Assembly (NCBI GenBank): GCA_030295235.1
Contig: AP026129.1
Location: 62,001-126,000 of the forward strand
Reading direction: 5' to 3'
Length of the DNA: 64,000 bases
Origin: Fistulifera solaris
Taxonomy: Eukaryota
In this document: in pieces, positions 26,100 through 37,900 of the stretch
How the letters are laid out: each line of letters opens with the position of its first letter
How positions within the stretch are numbered: the first letter of the stretch is position 1
Notes under the pieces: generated by a model
Told to the model about the DNA's origin: nothing
What the model saw: the letters and a program-made list of their open reading frames with translations, nothing else
The model's database searches: none
Position numbers and translations under genes: made by a program

Positions 26100-27333
26100 C
26101 TAATGACTGTAATGCCGAATGGCCGGCTCCATTCCACCATTTCTCTGTATCCAATCGTTCCACAATTTGTACATGACCAACTGTTTCTTCGTGGCTACAT
26201 CCATCGATTGCAAATACTGTTTTCGTTCTGACAAGTCCGACATGGTCATTGCTGTTTCTTGTACATGACGCGCAAGAGCTGCTGCCTGTTGGAGTGTTTC
26301 CTGACGATGTTCGTCTCGCATAGATAATAATTCGGCCCAAATTTCTTGCTGCAATTGTTCGGCCGCAATGGGAAGTGTGTGAGTCGGAGGTCTAGGAGAA
26401 GATGACGAAGCAACGGTTTCTCCTTTTCCGGAATCGGGATCTACAAGGATTATTGATTCGGAGTATTGGACGGAAACAATTCGAGTGGTTGCGTCATCGT
26501 GATTCGTACTATGAGGCGTGGGTAATGATGTGCTCTGGAAGGCCTGCTGTTGTGCTTGATGTGTTGCCGTTGTAATTGTGGCATTCATTGACGTCACCAA
26601 TTGAGCAAAGGTTGATTGTACAATATCATCATCTGTGAATTCATTCTTCTCTAGTTGTTGATTTTTGCGAAAAAACAAACGTTGCAATTCCGCTTTGACA
26701 GTCGAAACATCGTAGCCGAGTAAGTTCCAGAAATGTTGCTGCATATATTCCAGTCGTTCGTGTGGAAATGTAAGTTCATGCTTAGTTGTCGCTCCGATTT
26801 GCTGAGCAAACGGCATACTCCCCCTCGCGACCGTGAGCTAAATATTGTTGTACGATGGGCAACTGCACGGCCGCGAGACACAATCCGCAAAACTCCAAAA
26901 AATCCGCCCGCTGAATGCAATGTTTTTGATGATGGGTTGAAAGGATTGTGGATTGAGCCGTAGTAGTTGTTACTACCAGACGCGCAAAGGCAAGACGCGC
27001 TGCGTGATCAAGTAAATGCGAGTGCGACTTTGAATATCGTAAAGCTTCCTGCACTTGCAAAGTTGTGATGAATGGCGAGGAAGAACCGTCTAACTCGTCC
27101 TTCGCTGAAGTTTGGGTTTTATTCCATTGTGACACCACTTTTGTCAAGCAATCGTGCTGGTGCTGCAGCAAACATTGTCGTAATTGTGACAAGGAAGTAC
27201 ACCAGGATCCGTCGTCCTTCAAGAGATCATCGGTCGTCACGCAAAACGTTTGTAACGAATCAATGCATTGTGTTACAAACATTTCTAAGAGCTCAAAAGG
27301 GACAGCAGTATCATAGGAAGGAAGGGAAGGCAT
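26100..27333 (-). CDS. Hypothetical protein
   Basis: ORFs 26782-27345 and 26100-26816 joined by a probable indel at ~26820. Confidence 0.6.
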
Positions 27334-27704
27334 GATTAAATACAAATGATGATGCTCTCTACTAGCAGGACGCTTCGATTAAAAATGCACGCAAGTTCGC
27401 AGCGTATACCGTATTTGAAAATTTTATCATGCCCATGAAACGAATGAAAAGTCTACGATGTACGGAGTATTTGAATATGCAGAAATTCTGTATACTGTTT
27501 TTCTGCGTATGTTTCAGAGCGATTTTCAAAAGGCTTTCCGACGAAAACAATTGCGGCATGTACAAATACAAGTACTGTAAAATGCGGCTGAGGTTAAAAA
27601 TATACCGGAGTATTCGTTCTAAAGCGTTTATGGCTTCTACTTTGTACCAAGCTACTGGTAGCAGAACATGCGGAGGTCGAAAAGCTGTCTGGCTGGAAAT
27701 GAAA

Positions 27705-27759
27705 TGATTCATGACTCATGACTGAAATGCAGTCGTGATAAAAGGTCGCCTTCACTTTG
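27705..27759 (-). promoter_or_regulatory. Recurrent dyad element CACGACTGCATTTCAGTCATG followed by TGAGTCA-type heptamers
   Basis: In a divergent intergenic region; reverse complement shares ~36 bp with 32421-32456. Confidence 0.5.
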
Positions 27760-27914
27760 AGTGTATAGTCAAATCAGGTAGTGTTACCTGAGTGCCGGTC
27801 AGATTTTTGTTCGCGCTCTCGAGAAATTACGCAGCTTTTGTTACCTGGTAGCAGGCTCACTTTGCTTGTCATTCCTTTTGTTGGTGTTATAAACTATATT
27901 ATCGTTTCCCATTC

Positions 27915-30184
27915 ATGTGGAGACCGTTTGTATCAAGACAAGTGCCTGTTTTCGGGCCACGATTATCATGTCACCGTAGAATACGCTCCGTAACAACAGA
28001 ATTATCAAGGCGACGACGACCACGCGAAAACATTCATTTCTCGCGTTCCTATCTCTCTTCGTCTGCTATTAAGAACGACGATGCAAAGAATGCTACCAGT
28101 ACTCTGTCGACGACGGCGACTCCCTTTATTCCCCCCTTCACAACGTTATGATACCGCAATCACCAACTGGGAAGACGTGACACGAGAAATATTACATCAT
28201 CCCATCACAACGGAGCGAATGTTCGATCAAGCCGAACAAGCTGTACGTTACTGGACGACACAACAAACGCCGCAAGCTATCTATTTTGCTTTTCAATTAT
28301 TTCATCATATGGCAACACAACTGCATCATGAGCAGCCCGAACTCATTCAAGTTGTTTATTATTGGGATCGAGGAGCTTTTCCTCGTGCGACATCGTTGTT
28401 GAATGCCCTCATGGATGCGTGGCGTATCGCGTGGCAGCAATCGATTATATCAGATCCCACCCCGTTCGAAGCTTTAGAGTTTGTAAAAGAAATGGATGCC
28501 TTACAAGTACCCGTCGAATGTCGTTCCTTTACATATCCGATGCAAGCCGCATTGCAGCGACCTTTACACCCGACGTCTGCCCCGCTGTCTTTTTGTGAAG
28601 ATATTTTGGCTTTTTTTGTTAGTGCGAGGCTCCGAACAAGACAATTATTTGCCCGATCGTATTGCTTGGACTATCACATTGAATGCTTGGGCGAAAAGTC
28701 CACGACCGGATGCGGCACAGCGGGCGATGCAATTGTGGCAACTCTTACTCGACTTACAACATCAACGCAAATTGAGGGAAACGCCCAATACAATTTTGTA
28801 CAATGCCGTTTTAGAGGCACTCACGAAAACACGACAATTGGCTGATATGGAACAAGCTGAGACTATTTTAATGAGTATGATGGAAACGCCTTTCCCGGAA
28901 GTTGTGCCAGATACCGTCAGTTATCGATTGGTCGTGTTTGGCTGGAATCACTTAGCTGTTGAACTTTTTGCACAGCAACGACAACACAAGGAACGGCGAC
29001 AGTCTGCTTTCACAGCACGGGATGCCATGGAACGTGCGTTTCGTGTCGTCAAGTTAGCTTCGCGTGATGTGAAAGAAGGTCAACCGGTCATAGATGCTTC
29101 GTTCTTTTCCATGCTCATTTCAACATTGTCACGGCATAGTCGAGACTATGCCGATCACAAGCGGGCTGAAGAAATATTCCATTATCTGAATCAACAACAC
29201 GAGCGCACCAAACATGTACGCTTTCAACCCGATGCGCACATAATGAAAGCCATGCTCATACTATATGCCAAAACAGACCGACCCAAACAAGCCCAAGCTG
29301 TTTTGCAACATTTGGAGGCTATGTCGGAACAGCATAAAGATCCTACGATGCTTCCGAAACGTGGACATTATCGCGATCTCATTCAAGCATGGATACGTTC
29401 GAAGTCTTGGGATGCGCCCAAACATACACAAACTCTCGTGTCAAGACTTTTGGACTTGGCACTCCAACCAGGAAATTCGGATTACATACTGGATCCAACC
29501 GACATAGATTCCGCATTAAAGAAGGTGTCGCGTGGTACAGGAAGTGGTGTTGGGAAGCGCACCGAGCAACTGTTCCGGAAACTCCAAACAACTTACCGTA
29601 AGTCGGGCGATGCTCGATTAGAACCGCTGCCGATTCATTATTTGCGAGTTATGTATGCATATTCTCAGGCGGATGCTCCGAATGGCTCGCAACGAATTCA
29701 ATCAATATGGAAAGAACTTCATCAATGGTGTTGTGAAAATCCTTCTCGAAAACTGGACTGTTTTGATTGTACGGCGGCCGTGTCAGCCTTGTCGAGAGTT
29801 CGTCCTTTGGACGCAACGACGCTTGATCAGATTAGTTCTATTGTCGAGCAAGCGCAAAGGAATTACCAACAGACTGGCAACGAAACGTTACGGCCAGATA
29901 CGATGTTATATCAAGCCGCGCTAAAGGCGTGTCGTGCGGCTGGAGATAGCGAGCGTGCCGAGTCGATCTTTCTGTCCATGTTACTAGACCATGATTCCGG
30001 TAATAAACTCGTGCAGCCGACATCACGACATTTAAATATAACCTTGGCGGCCTGGCTTTATTCTAAACAGGCGCAGACAGCTGACAGAGTCCGAATGCTA
30101 GTCGAGAGGGTGGGCAACCGAAATGACGTTCGCCCAGATGAATTGACACAAGATCTCTTGCGAAAGATTTTTCACAAAGATTGA
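27915..30184 (+). CDS. Pentatricopeptide repeat (PPR) protein, probably mitochondrial
   Basis: PPR-like units PDRIAWTITLNAWAKS, PNTILYNAVLEAL, PDTVSY and PDTMLYQAALKAC; Arg/Ser-rich N-terminus. Indels at ~28130 and ~28620. Confidence 0.85.
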
Positions 30185-30403
30185 TTCTAGGCGATCCACA
30201 TGCACCTTTTGCTTAGTAAGTAGCATCCGACCTCTTACAATCACCACATCTTATCGCTGCAATATTGCTCGTATGTGCTATTTGAATTGATTTTTCACAA
30301 AGATTGATTCTAGGCGATCCACATGCACCTTTTGCTTAGTAAGTAGCATCCGACCTCTTACAATGAGCACATCTTATCGCTGCAATATTGCTCGTATGTG
30401 CTA
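30166..30403. repeat. Tandem duplication of 115 bp (period 123 bp)
   Basis: 30166-30280 and 30289-30403 differ at 2 positions and include the PPR stop codon region. Confidence 0.95.
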
Positions 30404-30531
30404 GTTGCTGACTTTCTTTCTCGTTGAAGTTAATATTTTTTACGAGTAATTGTTTCGTTGTCAACTCTAGGCAAAATCCGACGTAAGGAGCAATTCCACC
30501 CAAAACTATCGCAGACGCATGCTGGCCACGC

Positions 30532-31849
30532 TTAGATCGGTTCATCGATCAAGCGAATGCGGAACATGTTAGGCCATAGCTTTCCAGTGACCCAATATTC
30601 GTCACTGGTGTCGGGGACAAGCGCGATGCCATTAAGGACATCAGAAGTCACATCTCTATTAGGATACAATGTGCTCAAATCATAGTCTACAGTCACTAAC
30701 CCCGTATCTGGATCAATCCTCTGGATCGTATCGCTATACCATACGTTCGCTAAGATCGTGTCGGTTGTCGGATCCCATTCTAGTTCATTGAGATTGTTGA
30801 CTGCATTCGGGTCATCCTCCAGACTCTCTCGAGATGTCACCTGGACGCGACGAAACTCCACAAAATCAGATTGATTCCAGAAATGCAAATAAGAAGAACC
30901 ATCACTAACGACGAACATTTTATTTCCGTCCTTTTCTCTTCCAGTAATACCCCAACCTTCGTTCCGAGTAGTGGAAAAAGTTATATTGGATATTGGCTGT
31001 AATGTCTGGCTATCGTAGACGAATGCGACTCCTTCTTGCCATGTCAACTGTACAATGCGAGCTTCTCCTGACTCGGTTTCATAATAAGTAATGCCTTCTC
31101 CGAAGTAACTATCGGACAATTTTGTTTGAAGCAAAACATTCCCCGTCATTATATCGATCCGACGAACATCCGATTCTCCATAAAGTCCCGTGCCTTCGTA
31201 CAGCTCATGTTGATTGTTGTCTCGAGCAACGATTACCAAGCCTTGAGTAAAAGCATCCGGATCATGCGGTACAGTTTCCAGCAGTTCAAAGGTCCCCCTC
31301 CGAGTTACATCGGGTTCTGAAGATATCTACAAGAGAGAAGAGTTAGCGATTCAGCGAAGAATTGTGATGCGACATCTTTTGAAAACCGACATTCATAAAC
31401 CATTAACTGGCGCGAATAAGCGAATTCGTTCGAACTGGTGCATGTCTACTTTCACAATGTCTATCTCAGCGTTTGTATATTGAACGATGACATATACAAT
31501 ATCAAGTAAAGGAAGAAAATCCTTTGTTTACGGAGATACAATAAGACTTGCGATTTGGTTGCTGGCAAACTGCGCTTCTCACCTTTGCTATTGTGGGCGT
31601 GAATGTGGGCGCAGTAGAGATAGGCGACGAATCATCTGTCGAGACGGGAGGAGTTGTAATCGGGGCGGATGTTGTAGTAGCATTCGATGACTCCTGATCG
31701 ACTGTTATGGGAGAAGCATTGTCGTTGTTGCGGGAAATCAAGACAGCTGATACAATAGCAGAGGCTAAAATTGCTACACAAAAGACGCCACCAATAATGA
31801 CTTTTCGTCTACGATGAAATAGTCTTGCCTCTGTTTCGGGTGATGGCAT
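30532..31849 (-). CDS. Plant/bacterial-type glutaminyl cyclase (glutamine cyclotransferase), membrane-anchored, 2 exons
   Basis: Intron 31582-31327 joins in frame. Motifs PHDPDAFTQGL, EGTGLYG, FGEGIT, QLTW, EGWGIT, NELE, DVLNGIA and TGKLWP. Confidence 0.9.
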
Positions 31850-31947
31850 GTTGAGAGTAAACCTCTTTCAAAAAGGACGACGGCTGTAACATCAGTTCAA
31901 TCAGTCAACAAGCATGAACGTAATTGAATGACCGGCGACGATGATTT

Positions 31948-31971
31948 GGGATTGAAAAACTAATGAGTCGG
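31948..31971 (-). promoter_or_regulatory. Recurrent dyad element CCGACTCA-N7-TTCAATCCC
   Basis: ~100 bp upstream of the glutaminyl cyclase ATG. Confidence 0.5.
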
Positions 31972-32017
31972 ATCTGCCCCGTGTGAAAAGTCAAATACTA
32001 CGTAGGTAACCATTCCC

Positions 32018-32469
32018 CACGACTGCATTCCGGTCACGCACATTTGTTGCTGCTTGCATTCATCTACTACGGAGTACCGGTACTTTGTACTTTGTATTGT
32101 CATGCGGTCATCATACATCATACCATGTCGCTGTCGCGGAGGACTTTTGATCCTCCTTAGGTTACTACATTTGTATAGACCAAAGTGTTAGTTAGAGAAA
32201 GCCACGACTGCAATTCAGTCACGAGTGAAAATTTTCCGAGAAAGGCGGCTATCTCATTTTACATCGTATACAGCTACCTTTCTTACTATTTTAAAAAAAA
32301 TAAAGCACTAGGTCTATCCTGGTACCATTATTTCTTTTGAAAGCAAATATTATTACCTAGTCACAGCAATAATATAATGCAGATAATAATAATTATTAAA
32401 GTCGCCGTTTTACCATAGCCCAATGTGAAGACGACCTTTTCCCACGACTGCATTCCGATCTCGGTCACG
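32018..32469 (+). promoter_or_regulatory. Three copies of the CACGACTG...RGTCACG dyad element
   Basis: Copies at 32018-32040, 32203-32228 and 32443-32469. Confidence 0.5.
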
Positions 32470-32684
32470 GGTTAAGATTTTTCCGAGACAGGACTGATGC
32501 CGAATTTCCTGTCTTTGTGCTAGTCTAGTAAGCTACAAAAGTCATAGCGATCGCTTATTATCTATGGTCTCTGATACCACAAGCCACAAGCCTTACCCAA
32601 AAGGCAAGGTACAGAAGGTTTCCAATGAATGCGACTCTACTCGGTGTGAGTAAGAGCGAATTGTTCTTGCTAATTAGATTAAAC

Positions 32685-33188
32685 TTAATTCGAAGCTATC
32701 AGGGCCCCCATCACCATAACAAATCCAAGAATAACTCCCGTAAAGAGCCCTAGTTGCTCAAAGCTGGGCGTCAACAATATCATTTCCTCTGACTCCACCT
32801 GCCAAGTCAGTTTTGCCTCGCCACGGACTTCTAGCAAGCTACCTGGGCGCATTATGAAGGTTTCCTTTTGCGGTATATTTTGCTTCACAACTGTCACTTT
32901 TGCTTCTCCGTCTAATACATATCGAACTAGAGTCTGCCCCTCCCGTGACACTTCCTCGAACGATCCTTTCGATCTTGCTTGTTGTGGCCATTCTCGAATT
33001 CCTAACGATTCCGCCTCGGATTGACAAGGCGTCGTGAAGCGAATCAAATCAGCCTTCTCACTTGTGACCATGAAAAAAGGAAATTGTGGGCGAAATCGAC
33101 TGTTCATCGGAACCGGAGCAAACGAGGAAGCCGTCAAAAGGAGCATTATAAAACGTAATGAGAAAAGAAGTCGATGATGATTCATCAT
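32685..33188 (-). CDS. Plastid-targeted small cupin (cupin_3/DUF861-like) protein with C-terminal transmembrane helix
   Basis: Signal peptide ending ASSFAP; LGIREWP...YVLDGEAKV...PGSLLEV...LTW pattern. Confidence 0.7.
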   Translation of the reverse strand: MMNHHRLLFSLRFIMLLLTASSFAPVPMNSRFRPQFPFFMVTSEKADLIRFTTPCQSEAESLGIREWPQQARSKGSFEEVSREGQTLVRYVLDGEAKVTVVKQNIPQKETFIMRPGSLLEVRGEAKLTWQVESEEMILLTPSFEQLGLFTGVILGFVMVMGALIASN

Positions 33189-33523
33189 GGTAACAGCCGA
33201 GCTGATGTCAATAATATGACAACGCGAAGCGCACTTTGCTAAGTAAAAACGCTCTGTAGTGTGCACAGAATCCAGTAATTATGATGAACGGGTATCACGT
33301 TGTGATGTTTCTCGTGTTCGTCGTCGTTGTATTTTTGTCTTTTCTAGTTTCGTGTTCCAAGATCCAAGTATTGTCGAATTTTGCCAAGAGGCTCCCTAAA
33401 TAATGTATCTTGATGAGTGTTTCGAACTTCAATGGCATGACATCCTTATTGCCTGGTACCAGGTACCTGGTATTAGTGAACGTTTTACATCGTCGCCTCG
33501 TCGCGTCTCGTCTGCCGTAGATG

Positions 33524-34038
33524 TCATATCCGAGTTCCCCTCTGTCGATAAAATTCCCTACGGGGCCCACGCGAAAAGCACGTAGACATTCAAAGCGTTG
33601 CATCTTTGTTCTTTTTGAAATTTTAATTTCAGATTGCTATCAAATGTTATTTCTCAGTGTGCAATAGCGTTGTTGCGAGTAGAATTGACAGAATTGGGGC
33701 AAACAAGTCCAACAAAGAGTGCGATCGAAATTACACCAGGTCCGATTTTAGCTGTATCGATGAAATTCCTACGGAGCCTACGTATTTTACACGAAGACGT
33801 TCAGAGCTTTGCATCTTTGCTCATTCTTGAATATGGAGCTGCAATTAAGTCATCTAGCAATCAATGATAGAAAGCGTCTATGTTGGTGAAAGTTACAACA
33901 ACAATCGCTGCAAAGAGACGCATAAATTGATTTTATCGAATTAGCTTCATATCCGGGTTCTCCTCAGTCGATAAATTCCCCTAAGGGGCCCACGATAAAA
34001 GCACGTAGACATTCAAAGCCTTGCATGTTTGTTCTTTT
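33524..34038. repeat. Three diverged copies of a 65-92 bp segment at 211-212 bp period
   Basis: Copies 33524-33615, 33757-33822 and 33947-34038; copies 1 and 3 differ at about 10 of 92 positions. Confidence 0.8.
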
Positions 34039-34353
34039 CCACAGTTTGAATCTCAGAAAAATTTGTCGGACGAGCGAATGGTAGGTAGCATGTAGCATTG
34101 AGCATTGTCGCTCAAAGATTATTGATTCATGACTCACATACAGTCTTGGATACGGTTGTCCTTATTGTAGCAGACAAAAATTCTGATGTGCTTTTCGCAA
34201 TGAACGACGAGACACGAGACCACATAATTATTTTTTTCAAAACTCCTCTTGCGAGTCGTTTGGACTAATAGACAAGTCTATATGATCTTTCTTTGTAAAG
34301 AAATGCTTTGCATTGAAGCGATCGGTCAGTCAGCGGCATGTGATTGAGCGAAT

Positions 34354-34816
34354 ATGACGGAATACAACGAACAAGGCGGTACCATGAGCGGACTGGAAGA
34401 AGCAATCGGGTTCATTTTCGCGAATAGTTTTGATGCCGAAAGGAAAGTCTGTCTCATCACGCTCATGTAAACTATATACCTCAGAAAGCAGTGTGATCCC
34501 AAAGAACGAACAATCCTGTTTTAGAATGCTGCGTTTAAGAGCAAGGTGGGCTCGCGAAAAGGAGGCATTTGAGTTTTCTTGGCTTGTGGATTCGAACGGT
34601 CGCTTGCGTCGGCACCTCGTCAGGCCAATACTGAATCAGGTGAAGAACAACTTACGCTCAAAGATGATCGCCAGTCGCCCAGAAGAGTTGCCCCAATATC
34701 GAGAACCGGCGGTTGTCAGTCTTACCAGCAGCGCTCGTTCTGCGGCAGAATTCAATCTATTCTTCGGCCATCGCTTCGATGCTCAGTCAATGGCTGTGGG
34801 TGCTATTCAAAGATAA
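34354..34816 (+). pseudogene. Possible degenerate PUB-domain gene fragment
   Basis: FANSFDAERKVCLITLM then frameshift into ...PKNEQSCFRMLRL..., loosely resembling PUB domain starts. Short and disrupted. Confidence 0.3.
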
Positions 34817-34985
34817 CCCTTGATACTATTACGCCGTAATCGAGTATTATCACGGAGTTCTACATGAATCATGCACCCGTCCTTCATGCTTAATACAATC
34901 TTTACTAAACATTCTGCTATTTACAAGTTAAAACAAAACCAATTACGGATTTAGCACCAACGAATTGCTGCTCAAGCAACGAACT

Positions 34986-37900
34986 TTAGTCGATATCCAA
35001 GGCCTCGCATGCAGCCAACGCTTCTATTTCAGCTTCACGAAGACTATGGCGCTCATATGTTTCTGGACAATCAATGCATGAGCAATTCGCCAGAGGAGTT
35101 ACAATTCCGGTTTGAACAGTTCTCTTGTCTTTACCGGAAGATGACACTGAGCTTTGTGCAAACGTTGATGCATCCTCTCTGCACAAGTTACAAGCAGAAC
35201 AGATCTTTGCTACATGAAAAGCCTTGTCCTGAATTTCTTTGAGCCGCGAAATGGTCTGTAGTGTAGCATTAACAGGATCTTCGCGACATTTGTTGCAAAT
35301 AGCAGTTCTCGATCTTCCTTGTGACGCACACTTATTCTGACACAAATAGCAAATATCGCTTCCGAAGTATGATGATATCATGATGCTACTCCCTGATCTC
35401 GTTATCGGCCAGAAATGAATCCTGCTGCGTGGTTTAGGGCATGAATCGTACCATGAAACAACGTCAATATGATGAGGGGCAAGACTTAGGCATCGTTGCA
35501 AAGCAGCGTTCAAGTGCTTAGTAATATAGTATCCAGCATGGACTGTGTATGCATCCCATTGTTCCAACAATTCCATTGGCGTGAGGACACAGTCACGGAG
35601 TCGGAATGATTTGCCCGGAGTTGCCACGATAACATAAGCCACTCTCTCTTTGTGTCGTACTAAACGGCCTGGATCTGCCTCATTTAAGCGCCGCGCTAAA
35701 ACTGCTTGGACTGGCCCAAGGCGCCCCCCACGGTATTTGGAGCGAACACGACCTGTCAACACAAAGTCTGACACAGGTAGCTGCCCGGCTAAAATTTCGT
35801 TCCATTGTCTGTAAGGAAGTCTTTCACCGCCAGTGTGTCGCGCTGAAAGAGGGTGATAAGGCTGTTTCGAAGTACTTTTGTGTCAAAGCACACTGGTCAC
35901 GGCGAACAGTTTCAAGCCCTTTGGCTTCGAAGATTGGCTTCATTTGATCCTTCGACTCGAACTTCATGCCACAGTATTTCTTTTTTGTTTGTAAAATACA
36001 TCCGTCGTACACTTTTTCGAGCTTGAGTTGTACAGGAGGGGGGTTACTGGCAGTCACTGCCGCGCAGAATTCCTCTCCGAATTCGAACCCTTCTTGGACA
36101 GAACGACCTGGTAGTTTTACAAAAATCGAATCTGTATCTCCATATAAGACCTCGCATCCAGACCATTTACCGTTTTCATCTCGACCCCATCTATTTGCAA
36201 GGCTAATGGCTTTGTTCAACGTTCTGCGTGCGCATTCGACGATTGTATCAGCTAAAACTGGCATAGCGCATCGTCCTGAAAATGTTGCAGATGTATAACC
36301 TAATACAAACAACCCTGAGCAATGTTGGATCAAGAAATAATAATTCCGCCGAAGTACTTACCATAAGTCACATTCGCAACATATTTCAAAGCGAGCTGAC
36401 GCGCGTCCAGCTGTCTCAATATAGATGGCGACAAATCTGCGACATTCTTTTTGTATAGTTTTGCGGCCTTTTTCAGCATCGCTCGTGTACTCAGCATTTC
36501 ATCGAGAACTTGCGGGAGGACGCCTTTAACAACTTCCTCGCTGACGAAAACAGTACCTGTTGGAGCAACATATGCTCGGTCTGACTGATCAGTATTCAGT
36601 GATCGGATGTGATGTTTAAAAACAGAAGCTGATCTCCGTTCACTATAATGGAAAGGACCAATCCTTCCTTTCGTTCTGCCTTGCGTGCGCATCTCGGACC
36701 GGGTTGAATGATAGTCCAGACGACCAGCACAAGTGGAGTAGCACAGATTATAGGCAATGACGAGGGACGGGTACAAGGCCGTAAAATCGCAGACGACAAC
36801 AGGATCGCGGTGATGTCCAGACTGGGGTTCGAGCGTGAGTGCCTGAACTTCTAAGGCTTCTTGTTTGTCTGAATCCTTTAGGGAAGGCGAATAAAAGAAA
36901 TACGACCGACTAGACAAATCGTGCCAAGCTTCCCCCTCCGCCTCCCGTTCACGTCTCCTGGCTTTCCATGGGCTTTGGCTCTGTGATTTTGTCTCAGACG
37001 ACAAAGAAGAGGATGTAGGCATGGATGAAGGCGGCTTAATTTTCTTCCCCTTCTTCGAACCGCGCTCGTTAGCATTCAGACTCTTTAAGGCACGAAGGAG
37101 AACACCTTCAACCTTATATTGGCTGCCTCGTATGCCGGGAAAACTCTGTGAAAATTCCACACCACTCAATCTAGCTGCTTCTCCAGATCGACCGATCATA
37201 TCAAGGGCGTCAAACAGTAGCAAAGAACACGTTGCTTGTAAGAGACGATAATGTAAGACGCGCCAACGTTCTTTTCCGTTATTGTAGCCATAATATTCCG
37301 AAAGAATAATATTGTCATGAAAGGGAATCCGCTTCTTCAAGACTGATGACACTATTGCCGGCAAATATGAAGCATTCGGATGTTTGACCTCCTCTGCAAC
37401 AATCTTCCAAACTGCGAAGGATATTCTGCCAACCTATAAAGTAAAGGAGAATATGAAGTTAGCTCGAGAATACCCACGTCATCTGAACATATCCAGACTT
37501 ACTACGGATGCAGCAGCAGCCCCTGCACCGACTCTGTCATCCCATTCAACGCCCAGACCACTACCTTTCCAACGTGACTCGTCTCTGGTGGTCGTTCCGG
37601 GCGTGGACAAGTCAAACTGTGATTGTGGAACGACTATGTTGGTACCCAAGCCTCGGACGACGGCAGAAGTTGTTGGAGTACGACCAAATAAACGCGCCAG
37701 ATCAAGTTCCATAGTACCTGATAGACCCGACGAACCTGCAGCACTTGTTGCAGTTCGCTTTTCTTTACCCAATGAAATTCCTCTCTCAATCAGATACCCT
37801 GTACCTAGACCTTGTGTGTCCCAAGACAGAAGCATGTCTTTCAGTGCAGCGACATTAGAATTCAATTACTCTCAATGGATGACTTGACTACTAGTGCATG

